From assembly GCF_006345805.1 (NCBI RefSeq), contig NW_021835976.1, forward strand, positions 5,548 to 69,547: a DNA stretch of 64,000 nt. The letters are read 5' to 3'. This document shows, one piece after another, positions 52,256 through 64,000 of this stretch. Within the stretch, counting starts at the first letter, position 1. Every line of letters begins with the position of its first letter. The notes beneath the pieces are model-generated. The model made no database searches, had not been told where the DNA came from, and saw only the letters and a program-made list of their open reading frames with translations. The translations under genes and the position numbers were made by a program. The stretch is from Octopus sinensis (lineage: Eukaryota).

Positions 52256-52454
52256 CATATAACAAATTAAAAAGGGTGGCTTATTAGCAATTAGAACCTG
52301 AAGACAAAATTAACAGAAGCCACAAAAATGATAGAGGGTACTGACTAGCACCGCTTTTACATACTGACAGACAGGCAGACAAACAAGATTGTCCGATAGA
52401 TAATTTTGTTGTTCTTTTAGCTGGCGTTTCAACTGAACTGTATCTCAATCAGTA

Positions 52455-52608
52455 TTGGTTTCAAATTTTGGGAGAAGGCAAGCAATTTCGGGAAAGGAGG
52501 CAAAAGGTTTATATCAACTCCAGTGTCCAAATTATTTTATAGATTCCAGATGGATGATAGGCAAAGAAAAATTTTAAGGGGTGAACTGGCAGAATAGTTA
52601 GCACGCCA
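52455..52608 (-). mobile_element. SINE family A, degraded
   Basis: GGTTTCAAATTTTGGGAGAAGGC...CTCCAGTGTCCAA. Confidence 0.55.
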
Positions 52609-53755
52609 AAATTTAAAACCAATATGAATTAAAATTAACAATATAAACTTCCCGTTATTCCCAGACGAATACCATATCTTGGTCCATTTTGTTGTGCCAT
52701 TAGATGTCTTGCAAACAACTTGCACATGCAAGTGCTACCAGTCGTGAACCCCGCATACTGGAAACCAACAAGTATATGGGGTCATCAGGAGAGAATATGC
52801 GCTGTTTCGGGGCCTACCTCTCGACGGCATTAATGCGCCCTCCCCCTCACTGATATGAGGCCCCGCTTGCTAGATCACCTGGTTATTAAATAACACTCAC
52901 TATTTCTCTAGTCATTGCTCATCGTCTCTTTTTAATCAAATCCAATGGCTAGCCTTCTACACTATAGTTTGGATATCGGTCATGGTGGTGTTGACTTTAC
53001 GATGAGTTAGGCCTAACGATAACAACAGTCGTCTCACACTGTGTGCAACAAACCCTCTACATCCGACTTCGATTGGAAAATGCTCTGCGCCTTCACATTG
53101 AACACGTATACATGGATACTTGGGATAGTACACGCCAGTAAATCTTATAATTTTGTAAGAATTCTACACATGTCGGCATTTCCGAATTATATCTGATTTT
53201 AAGTTCAAGAATTCAATCAGATTGTGAGTAATTTATTGAAAATATGACACTGGCAACAGAAAGTACGTTGTTCCTTACAATACAAGTATTGCGCTTAGTT
53301 ACGGAACAATTGATATAAAATAGTTGCCAGGATAATTTCCCTTCGGTGACGATACGTGAGAGGAGAAAACTGAAAGGTCCTTCTTTAACTTATTCCAGAA
53401 AGGAAACTCATGATTTTGTACATTAAAATGAAAATGACACACAATATGAATGAAAATTCAGAAATAATATAGAAATGCCTTAAAGCGAAAAAATCCTTCC
53501 GTATATTATGAAGTAGGCATAATGGAGTATTAAGTGAAAAGCGGATGTACACTTAAACATCTATCGCAAATGAAAGACCAACAAGAGTTACACATGAGCT
53601 GCTGCGATAATGGAGGTTCCTTCAATCTGATGATAGCTCCGGGTACAAAGTAAGAGTAATAGAATCTTAATTAACTTAAAAAATAACAAATACTTTATTT
53701 GACGTATAGAAAACAGATATTTCGTATATTTTATCAAGAAACACAGGAATGCACA

Positions 53756-53786
<31 letters not shown>

Positions 53787-53867
53787 TTTAAAGAGAGAGG
53801 CAATTACGAGAATAAAGAAATTTAGTATAACAGCTTCTAATACAATGTACATATTATATATATATTG

Positions 53868-53912
<45 letters not shown>

Positions 53913-54299
53913 TATATATATATACATACATTTATATATAAGTATGCATATATTTATGTATGTGTGTATGCGTCTACGTATACGTATGTATGTTCATGTG
54001 TTTAACACATACACGCATATATATGTATATATATTATATTATATACATTATATATATATATATATTATATATATATATATATATTAATATTAATGTGAAA
54101 TAGAAGATGAATAATCTTGTAGTAGATTAATCAAAAGTTTAACCGATACCTTAGTAGCAAAAATCACAGCAGAAACAGCACGGTTGGAGGTACAACCATA
54201 TGGTGTTGCAACCGTGCGTTGGTGCGGATAATTGAATTAAAACTTATTGGTGAATTGAAGAAATGGAGCTGAACGCAGATTGAACAGAAATCGTTTTAT

Positions 54300-54384
54300 T
54301 TCATTCTGCACGTGTTTCGAAAGGCACAAATTACCAAAATCTGATGAATAATGGGACCATATTGTGTCTTTCTCTTCAGGAAGA
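54300..54384 (-). ncRNA. Hammerhead ribozyme in the PLE terminal repeat, cleavage triplet mutated (GCA)
   Basis: Same fold as 57063-57149 but U16.1 is replaced by C (position 54308). Confidence 0.8.
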
Positions 54385-57062
54385 AAATAGGAAATCCGTT
54401 GAAAAACAAAAACAGAACAGAGGCGGAGCAAAAACAAATCGAACTATGCTCCTAAGAGCCCATGGCGAAACTGTTTATCAGTGTATGTTGAGAACCGGTG
54501 GCTGAAGAATCATCACGGGTCAGGCATCGGTCAATCATGTGGGTGAGGGTGTGTAGATGTTCTTTTGACCGAGAATAAAGTTCTGACTATTTAAGGAATA
54601 TTGGATGTTTTATAAGGGGCGAGAAAAAATCTACTTAGAGACGTGTGTGTGTGTATACTGTTCTATATATGTGTGTGTTGGCGTAGGGGTAGAAAACAAC
54701 ATTTTTTGTGTACGTGTGTGCGTTTGATCGTTCGGCGCTGTCAGTGGCTACTGCCGTGAGAACCGTTGGGTGGAAGAAAAAAATATATATATATTATGTT
54801 TTTGTGTGGTGTGGTGTTCATCTAAGCCTGCCTTGTCAAGGAAACCCCCCGCGTGTGAAAAACCAAGCCCCGTTTGTCTTAGGAGTAATTCCCCTTGCAG
54901 TGGTTAATCGTAGATATCTTAAAGGCTATTTCAGAATTTGTTACCAAGGGCTATGGGTGCCGGTATTATTTATAAACGCTATTTAAAAGCCAGATAAGTG
55001 AACGCCGCCAATGGGGGCATCGAAAAGCCGACTGTAAAAGCCCGTTAACCATCCGGCCTCTGGCAAACAAAATATGGAAGAGTTCGGAGACACAAAGGTT
55101 GCACTGCCTTCTGCCCCTATCAAATGGGAGGGCCACCGACAAAATTGACCATTCCAGCCTGTAGCTTAAGTTCGTATCCTTCAGTCGCCATATTAGCTTA
55201 CTGAGTCCCGTGGTCTGGCGCTTGTTCATGTCCCGAAAAGTTGCGTAATGGTTGGAGACACGCAAAGACAATCTTGAGGATGAGGCCCCTACATAAGTGA
55301 AGACATCTGAGTCCGTGTAAACCTTGCATTGGTAACGGCGTTTTTGATCTTGGAGTTCGCCGACGTGAATCTTATTCTGCTAGGATTAGTTTCTGAAATT
55401 AGAACTGCGTTCCTGTCACTATATTCGTTCCGAGACCTGCAGCCGCTTACCTCTATTTTCCACTACGTCACTATTAACTATAGGAATACCCCTGATTCTC
55501 CACTATCTATCAGAGTGCTGTCATTGCTACTGCCCGTGGTGCTGCTATTGCGGGAAATGATGCTGGGGATGCTATTGGGGCTCTCTACCCTACTCCCATT
55601 GTTACCGTCAACCACAACCCCTATTTATAACTATACCCCTAGTGGTACTACTCCCTGGCTGGAGCTGAATTATGTGTCACTGTACTGGCTCTCATATCAT
55701 TATTACTACTATAATTATTCCTACTGAGCATTAAACCGGGAGCGGAAGAGGCTGTGCCTCCGGAAAAAGGTGATAGGGTCTTAGTAAGTAGCCTATTATT
55801 ATGGGAGGCGATTATCTGGGCGAGGTTTTTAGTGTTGGAGAAAGCTATCCTAACTTTATGCGAGTTAACCGTGGAGTAATATTTGGAATTTCTGGGGAAG
55901 TTATTGGCGATGGCTGTCTAAACATGAGGGGGAGGTTAGTTCTAATCTGCTTACCAAAGGGGATTACAAACCATATGCTTATTCCTATCAGTGTGATGGG
56001 TCGGGACGCCAGCTCTCACATTCGGGTGGGTGATTCTCGGATGAATAACGGGTCTTGGTTAGTGTAAGACCTCCCGGACCGATAATTATCCTTGTTCGCT
56101 AAATTAAATGCGGGAGCGACTACCCCGGCATCCGCCGCGCTCCCGTCCTTACTTAAAATGTTAATGTTATTATATACGGCCCTATCCTGATGACCGAATG
56201 ATGCATCGGAAGGGCCGGATCAATATAAATTACCTTCTGCCTATAACCGGCCTTGGATAGTGCGGCGTTATAAAATTCCGCTTTCTGCATAAAAATATCG
56301 GCACTGGCGGACAAGCCAGACAATCTTAGAGAGATGTTTTTAACCAAATTGTCTGTTACGGTTTTGGCATGATTTGAGAAGACACTGACATACTTCAAAT
56401 TAGTGGAAGGCTTATGGTAAGGGCAGTATGAGTCGCTATTAAGGTTAAGTGTAACGTCTAGGAAATTAGCCTTGGTGAGTTCATTATCAAAAACTATACT
56501 CATGCCCATTCTATTAAAAACCTAGCTAACCTGCTCTTAGTTTTCTGCACTATTCTGTTCGTGGTGTTTTGCAGTTAAAAAGACAATCGTCACGATACAG
56601 GCCGCCCGCGATCTCCGGGAATTGGTCGGACAATTCGTAGAGATATATATTCCGACCAAATCGTCTATCTGCGCACTATCCGAACTACCCATAGGCACAT
56701 CAATTCATTGGAGTATCTTTACGGATCCACAACTTTTATCAAACTTAATAAACGATTCCTGGCAACTAAAATGATATCTATCTCTTCTCTGGAGGCCAGC
56801 CTTGTTGTGAGCATGCCAGAGGCCTTATTTAGCACACTAGGGTTAATCGAGGGGTAGAAGCTGGCGATATCAAACTGAATGAACCGAGTACGGTTCTTTT
56901 GGGATGGAAGAGAACACTTCACTACTTGCGAGGAGTTGGCCCAGAGGCTGAGCTTCAGCTTGTTTACTAAACTAGGGATATATTTATCTAAAATGTACTT
57001 ACTGATTATCCCGATTTGTTTTTGCTCCGCCTCTGTTCTGTTTTTCCAACGGATTTCCTATT

Positions 57063-57149
57063 TTCTTCCTGAAGAGAAAGACACAATATGGTCCCATTAT
57101 TCAATCGGATTTTGGTAATTTGTGCCTTTCGAAACACGTGTAGAATGAA
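57063..57149 (+). ncRNA. Minimal type I hammerhead ribozyme in the inverted PLE terminal copy
   Basis: UUCUUC-CUGAAGA-GAAAGACACAA...UUGUGCCUUUC-GAAAC-ACGU-GUA-GAAUGAA; 11-bp stem II with one mismatch; palindromic ACACGUGU stem III. Confidence 0.88.
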
Positions 57150-57204
57150 ATAAAACGATTTCTGTTCAATCTGCGTTCAGCTCCATTTCTTCAATTCACC
57201 AATA

Positions 57205-57328
<124 letters not shown>

Positions 57329-57330
57329 TG

Positions 57331-57397
<67 letters not shown>

Positions 57398-57400
<3 letters not shown>

Positions 57401-58600
57401 GGGTTGGATTAAAATCATGGAAACACCTTAAAATGTAAACAAATTTATGTTAATACGGGGTAGGACAGCCTTTGGCTGTAATTACAGCTTCAATTCTACG
57501 ACGTATGGACTTATACAAAGGTAGAAATGTCTCCAAAGGAAACTTTTTTCCATTCTTCAGCTAAAACAGTCGCCACCTTTTGTAGCGATGATGATGGAGA
57601 ATATCGACTTCTTACTTGTTTATCTGAAATGCACCATAACTGCTCAATAATACTGAGATCTAGGCAAGATAAGAAGTTCAACTTCACTCGAATATTCTCG
57701 TGCTATTCAGTAACAACTTTAGCTGTGTGAATTGGTGCATTATCATCCTGAAATATTGCACTTCCCTATGGAAACAGTTCCGCAAATATAGGATGAATTT
57801 GATCAGATACAGTGCTTAAATACTTTTGACTATTAATTCTGCCATGAAGGGAAACCATTGGACCGGCGGATTTTAAAGATATAGCCCCTCCAGATCATTA
57901 CAGATCCTCCTCTATATTTAACAGTTGGAAGAAGGCAATCTGGGTCAAATACTTCTTTTGGCTGTCTCCACACGTATACTCGGCCGGTGGTCGGAAATAA
58001 GATAAAGGATGACTCGCCCGAGTAAATAACATTCTTCCACTACTCTAGGGACCAATTCTGTAGGTTTTTACTCCACTCTAGACGCTTTGCAACGTTTGTT
58101 TTTGAAAGTGGTTTTCTAATTGAGTCACCCGTAAAAACCTACTTTGCGTAGCTACCGACGAACAGTGTTTGAAAAAATTAGGTTCTCGAGGTGGTCATTA
58201 AGCTCTGCAGTAATTTTGGGGGCTGTAAATTGGTGATCCTTTCTAACAATACGTATGAGATTCTGACGGTCCCAATCTGAAAGTTTTGTTTTTCCGCCGG
58301 AGTTTTGTTTCGACGAGGAGGTTGTTTCCCTCTTTCTCAAAGGCTGTCATTACTTTCGAGCCAGTACTTCTTGATACACCAAACATTTCAGCTGTTTTTG
58401 TTACGGTAGCACCTGCCATACAATTTGAGAACCAACAATTTGACCTGCTTGAAAGACTGATAGATCTGTCATTTTAATGAATTTAAATTACCTTTTTCTG
58501 AATTGTAGTAGATAATGGTGTACTGTTAGCTTTATGTTTAAGTCTAAAAGGTGAAATCTGGTTATTAATGCGCTTTTTCATATTAATTCAGCAGCCGATG
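57398..58600 (-). mobile_element. Tc1 (DD34E) transposon, full-length but disrupted transposase (~57450-58472)
   Basis: N-terminal HTH, VIYSGESSF, FQDDNAPIHTAK, LDLSIIEQLW, RRRIEAVITAKG..TPY*; TA-CAGGGGTTGG TIR at 57398; opposite TIR not found. Confidence 0.9.
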
Positions 58601-58950
58601 TAAATAAAGTTATTAGGTTCATTCATCACTGTACATGGAGCAAAAAGCAGGTTATATGCATAACTATTCCTTCTGCAACTCTAAATTATCGCAGGCTTAT
58701 ATAGAAGTAATGCATTTTATAAATTATAGAAGCAATGTATTTCAGTTTCTAGTACTGATGAAAAATTTGCTAAAAAATTATGATGGATTATCCTGTATGC
58801 TGGAAATCTATATCGTCGTACGCATCCGAGAGGAGTAGTTTATAACAAATAGGAACGTTTGCATTGATCGATTAAATATATATATATATACATATATATT
58901 TGGTAGGCGGAAACTGAAAGCCACCCATCGTATATACATACACACACACA

Positions 58951-58994
<44 letters not shown>

Positions 58995-59049
58995 TTTTTT
59001 CTAGTTTCAGCTCAGAGCTGCGCCATGCTGATGCACCGCCGTTTTGTGC

Positions 59050-59370
59050 TACACTGTTATTACGACGAACCTCGTCTAATATGTGGCACTTGGTGAAGAA
59101 TGGAGTTTGATACAGCTACTCTCATTTGCACCTCTTGCCGTGAGGTAAGTTCATCTGGGACTCTTGACAGGATGATGTCCAGCTTTGATTTAAAAACCGC
59201 TACATCTACTTTGTGCAAGTTATTAAAAAGCTGTGGGCCCTTGAAACCCAGGCTCTTGCAGAAGCTGGTCCTGAAGCGTGATGGCATAGCTGGGATCTTT
59301 GGCACTATGCAGTGTCGTCCCGTTCTAGCATCGGTGTAGCTTACTTTGCCAAAATTTGGCACAATTCCTT

Positions 59371-59385
<15 letters not shown>
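59050..59385 (-). mobile_element. CR1-group LINE 3' end
   Basis: EGIVPN...GRHCIVP...SLGFKGPQLFNNL...FKSKLDIILSRVPDE. Confidence 0.75.
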
Positions 59386-59399
<14 letters not shown>

Positions 59400-59401
<2 letters not shown>

Positions 59402-59570
59402 CGATGGGTGATTTCAGTTTCCGTCTACCAAATCCACTCACAAAGCTACAGTCGGCACACGGCTATAGTAGAAGCCACTTAACCAAGGTTCACACAGTAG
59501 GAGTGGCCCCGGAACCATGGATCCATGTGGTTGGTAAGCAAGCTACTTACCACATATCCCCTCCTGCGCC
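59400..59570 (-). mobile_element. SINE family B 5' half
   Basis: TTTCAGTTTCCGTCTACCAAATCCACTCACAA...GGTAAGCAAGCTACTTACCAC. Confidence 0.8.
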
Positions 59571-59597
59571 TAAATGTTATATATATACATATACTAT

Positions 59598-59645
<48 letters not shown>

Positions 59646-60851
59646 TATATATATATGCATATATTTATACACCATATATATATATATATATTTACATATA
59701 TACATATGACCGTGTGTATATTTGTTTTGTGTATGCGGGTGTGGCTGAGTGTATTTATATCATTTAGGTCGAACGTACATTTATAAAATTAGAGTGAATC
59801 GATTTCTATGTCATTCTGACTTCTGAAGTTAGTACAACCAAGCAATTTCCTTTTCAAATGTTGGTCAGAACACGACAAATACATTCATTATTCTCCTCCT
59901 TGGTTCAAGTCTTCTCTGCAACGTTATATCCAGTGGCCGTCTGTCGATATTACTCCATATATGTAAATATATACGAGCATATATATATACAAACTCACGT
60001 ATAATCACGCACTATGCATACACATACATACATGAATATATACATACAAGCATACATACATATATACATATATATATGCGTGTGTTGGTGTATGTATATA
60101 TATATATATATATATAGATGCTTTTATATACGATATGTATGCACGTATATACATTTATAAATACACACATATGAGTAGGTATATGTCTATCTCTTTCTCT
60201 TTCTCTCTCTCTCTCTCTGTATATATATATATATAATATATATATATATGCATACATACATATACATATATATATATCGTGTACGACATGAAAGCAAAGA
60301 AATACAATATGCTTATATACTTTTGTGGGGGGCGGTGAGTGTGTGTGTTTTTATTTGTCTATTTGTGTGTGTGCGTGTGTGTGCATGTGTGCGCGCGCGT
60401 AGACACGATTTATAAGACGGAAAGAGAAAAGTAAAAGAAGGACTGGAGAGTATAAGAAGATTAACTTTGGTAAAATTCTTCGTCGCAGCAGCAAGTTGAA
60501 ATGGAAATAATAGGAACGTCTCCGAGAAGATTTAAAGATAACGGAAGAAAAGGTGGAGGGGAAAAATACAGAACCATTATGATATCACAATGAAATGCAA
60601 ACCAAGTTCCACATCTGTTAATGTACAGGAGGTAAATGCCACGGCATATGAGAAGGCGAGGATTTGTTCCATTACGGCTTTGACATTTTTGGCAATCATC
60701 AAAATGCGAAAAGCAAAAGAAAGGTTGTTTTCTAATTCATTATATAGAACATCTATAGCTTCAGTATATTTTAAAGAACCAGATTTATGCTATGCTGATT
60801 GTACATAGACATAAAGTACATGCATATATACAAACATATATATATATATAC

Positions 60852-60914
<63 letters not shown>

Positions 60915-61145
60915 ATATATATATATCTATATATATATATATATATAGATATGCACCGTATATAGATAGACAGAAGATAAATAGATAGATAGATAGAAGA
61001 TAGATAGATAGATAGATAGATATAGATAGATAAATAGATAGATATAGATAGATACATACATACATACATACATACAATACATACATGCATACATACATAC
61101 ATACATACATGCATACATACATACATACATACATACATACATACA

Positions 61146-61177
<32 letters not shown>

Positions 61178-61643
61178 GTTTAGATGAACGTATGTATATG
61201 TGTTATACATGTCTGCATATGTATCTTTGATTAGTTATACTCCTTCGGTTAAGCACCTTACTTTCCTAGCCTTAATACTTGTTATTTGCAGACGGCAAAG
61301 TATGTTTGAATTAATTCTTTGGCGCCTTTGGAAAATATCAGAATCAATGAATATAGAAATTATTATTAGATATTTCCAGGCGTCTGTGTGTGTATATATT
61401 CATGCCTGTGTGTGTGAGAGAGAGTGTGCGTGTGCCTTTCTGTAGGTGTGTTTTGTTGAATGTGTGTATATCCGTGTGTATGCTTGTTTGTAGTAGTAGT
61501 GTGTATAGTATTTATTTTTACATATTTTTCTCATTGTTAATAATGTTGGGCAAAAAATATATTATAGCAATGTAAAATACTTATTATTCTTGGATGTAGG
61601 ATGTATGTATTCCTGTCTATCTATCTATCTATCCCTCTATCCC

Positions 61644-61716
<73 letters not shown>

Positions 61717-61815
61717 ATATCAATCTATCTATCTATATATATAATATGCATGCGTGTATACATCCATATATGTATATATTGCATATAGATATGTTATATA
61801 TATATATATATAATA

Positions 61816-61860
<45 letters not shown>
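59570..61860. repeat. (TA)n/(TACA)n/(GATA)n microsatellite clusters
   Basis: Directly visible at ~59570-60280, ~60830-61180 and ~61610-61860. Confidence 0.9.
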
Positions 61861-61870
<10 letters not shown>

Positions 61871-62265
61871 ATCAAGTGTATCTATGAGATACCACCGTGC
61901 GAGATATAGCAGTCAAAACTTGACTCTAAAACTACATTAAATATTCATACATAAACTGGGCGTGTGCATAAGTGCATATATATATGTATGTATACGTTCG
62001 TATATGTATGTATTCATATGTTGTATATATATATTTGTATTTATGTGCTGTCTGCGTATATTCGACTGATGAAGGCAAAACATATCTTATGCAGAGCCAG
62101 AAATCCGGGATCTGGAATTATGCAGTAATTTTTTTGCTAATTTATTTTGTTTCTTTTTTCTTCTCTCCTGGTACTGTATGAACATTTAATGTGATTTTAG
62201 AGTCAAGTTTTGGCTGCTATATATAGCATGGCGGTATCTTTTAGATATCCTTGATTATAATTTTA
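61861..62265. repeat. Foldback with 90-bp arms (61861-61950 / 62176-62265) enclosing a degenerate hammerhead
   Basis: TAAAATTATAATCAAG...AAAACTTGACTCTAAAA...TTCATAC inverted; CTGATGA at 62066 and GAAA at 62100. Confidence 0.8.
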
Positions 62266-62333
62266 ATAATAATTACTACTTTTGAGGTTTTTATTTTAAA
62301 TAACTATCTTATCCTTATTTATACACACCACAC

Positions 62334-62379
<46 letters not shown>

Positions 62380-62384
<5 letters not shown>

Positions 62385-62522
62385 TCTTGTTCCGTTTCCA
62401 TCTACCATATCTACTCACAAGGCATTGGTCAGCGCCTGGCTATAGTAGAAGCTCTTTGACTGAGTTGCCAGGCAATGACACTGAACCAAAAACTGAAGTT
62501 GGATAGCAAGTTTCTTACCAAG
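62380..62522 (-). mobile_element. SINE family B 5' half, degraded
   Basis: TTCCATCTACC...CTCACAAGGC...GGCTATAGTAGAAG. Confidence 0.7.
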
Positions 62523-62642
62523 GACCCATATCCTGCAATTAAGTATTGTTGTGTGAATATATATATATATATATATAAGTGTATATGTATATATATATCT
62601 AATGTAGGATAACATTTTTTCGAAAAGAAAAAAATTATCAAC

Positions 62643-63099
62643 GGCCAGCATATTAAAAAATACCTTTAAAGGTTAAATTTATAAACAGCTTATAAATAAG
62701 GGCAAACGAAAAAATGTCTTATGCTAAATATGCCAAAATTTGACAAATTGTCCATAACCATATAATTTTTCACAAAAACGCACGCTACTCGAAAAAAGGT
62801 CGACAGAAATTTCTAAAAAATTCCATCATTACCATATCGGACCGATTCAGGGTTAGTTCACTGACGAAGGGAGGGTTCTTATGAACTAACCCTGAATCGG
62901 TCCGATATGGTAATCATGGAATTGTTTAGAAATTTCTGTCGACCTTATTTCGAGTAGCGTGCGTTTTTGTGAAAAATTATATGATTATAGAAAATTTGTC
63001 AAATGTTAGCATATTTGGCATTAGACATTTTTTCGTTTGCCCTTATTTATAAGTTGTTTATAAATTTAACCTTTAAAGGTATTTTTTAATATGCTAGCC
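62643..63099. repeat. Long palindrome, ~218-bp arms, 21-nt loop
   Basis: 62643-62860 versus 62882-63099 with about 12 mismatches by manual alignment; loop CTGACGAAGGGAGGGTTCTTA. Confidence 0.95.
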
Positions 63100-63189
63100 A
63101 TATAATGATATAATGATATAATGATATAAATAGTTGTATACAGTGCTCAGGTGCAGTGTAACTAAAAGAAAATAAATAAAAATAAAAAC

Positions 63190-63303
63190 AGGTGTCCTGT
63201 TCGTGGATTACAGGAAGCATGGAAGATTTGAAGGATTGAGTGTCTCGACAGCTAACAACTGATGCGGGTAGTTTATTCCATGCTTCAGCCATTCTTATCG
63301 TGA
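63190..63303 (-). mobile_element. CR1-type LINE 3' terminus
   Basis: TIRMAEAWNKLPASVVSCRDTQSFKSSML. Confidence 0.75.
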
Positions 63304-63439
63304 TATATATATATATATATATATGCACCCGATGTGCCTGGTAAAAGTATTCTACTATATTTTTCCTGTCAAAACTGATGCCACGTGGGTAAAAGCCTAC
63401 TCAGATCTTGTGTGCGTAAAAGTGTGTTAGTTTGCATGT

Positions 63440-63492
<53 letters not shown>

Positions 63493-63881
63493 TGTTGTGT
63501 GTGTGTGTGCTTGTGTGTGTGAAGTGCTTTGAAATTATGCATCCACTTACCTCAACGAATATTACTACCAATGACATTTGGACTTCTATGGTGAAATATA
63601 AAGCGGCATTCATTCTATTATCAAACTTATTAAATGTCCTGCAGTAAAACAACTGACGTATAAACTAGTGAAACGTTCTTAGACTTAAATCTGCTCTAAA
63701 GCAATCTTCATATACCTCTGTGGAACTGCTTTTAATAATAGCACAAACAGCTTTTGTTTACCTTCTTTCAAATATTTGAAATTCTTCAACCATTTCCATT
63801 CATGGAAAATATATTTATGACTGAATGTATGCATGAATGTGTATAAGTATAGATGAGGGCAGACAGAAAGACAAACGGTAA

Positions 63882-63959
<78 letters not shown>

Positions 63960-64000
63960 TGAGGGAGAGAAAGATAGATAGATAGACACATACATACATA

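Noticed and set aside
53588-53680. Short unique segment as a candidate exon
   Set aside because: No recognisable peptide in any frame
58750-58825. CTGATGA...GAAA...GTC pattern
   Set aside because: Stems I, II and III do not pair convincingly
63650-63690. CTGACGT...GAAAC pattern
   Set aside because: A9 is substituted and there is no NUH triplet with a paired stem I

Overview
AT-rich, repeat-saturated animal genomic DNA. The SINE, LINE and DNA-transposon content points to an octopus (coleoid cephalopod); this is inferred from family resemblance, not from a database search. I recognise no intact host gene or convincing host exon, so the window looks intronic or intergenic, and most ORFs in the track are microsatellite artefacts. 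Recognisable content: (TA)n/(CA)n/(TACA)n/(GATA)n/(AAT)n microsatellites; about 5 kb of degenerate ATC/ACC/GAT trinucleotide sequence (21.9-27.1 kb); roughly 30 tRNA-headed SINE copies; decayed Tc1 and mariner transposases; a Kolobok/Mutator-like transposase remnant missed by the ORF track; Dong/R4, HERO-like, CR1-like and RTE-like LINE fragments; a 502-bp CCGTA-TIR MITE; a near-identical ~1.06-kb tandem duplication; and a 5'-truncated Penelope-like element (RT + GIY-YIG, 54.2-57.2 kb) bounded by inverted terminal copies. The most striking signal is a cluster of type I hammerhead ribozyme motifs. Three have complete cores (4255-4309 minus, 45166-45217 plus, 57063-57149 plus), one has a point mutation at the cleavage site, and several are degenerate or half cores. 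Most lie in or beside foldback (inverted-repeat) structures that look like extremely short Penelope-derived insertions. Repeat boundaries are manual estimates unless exact motifs are quoted.
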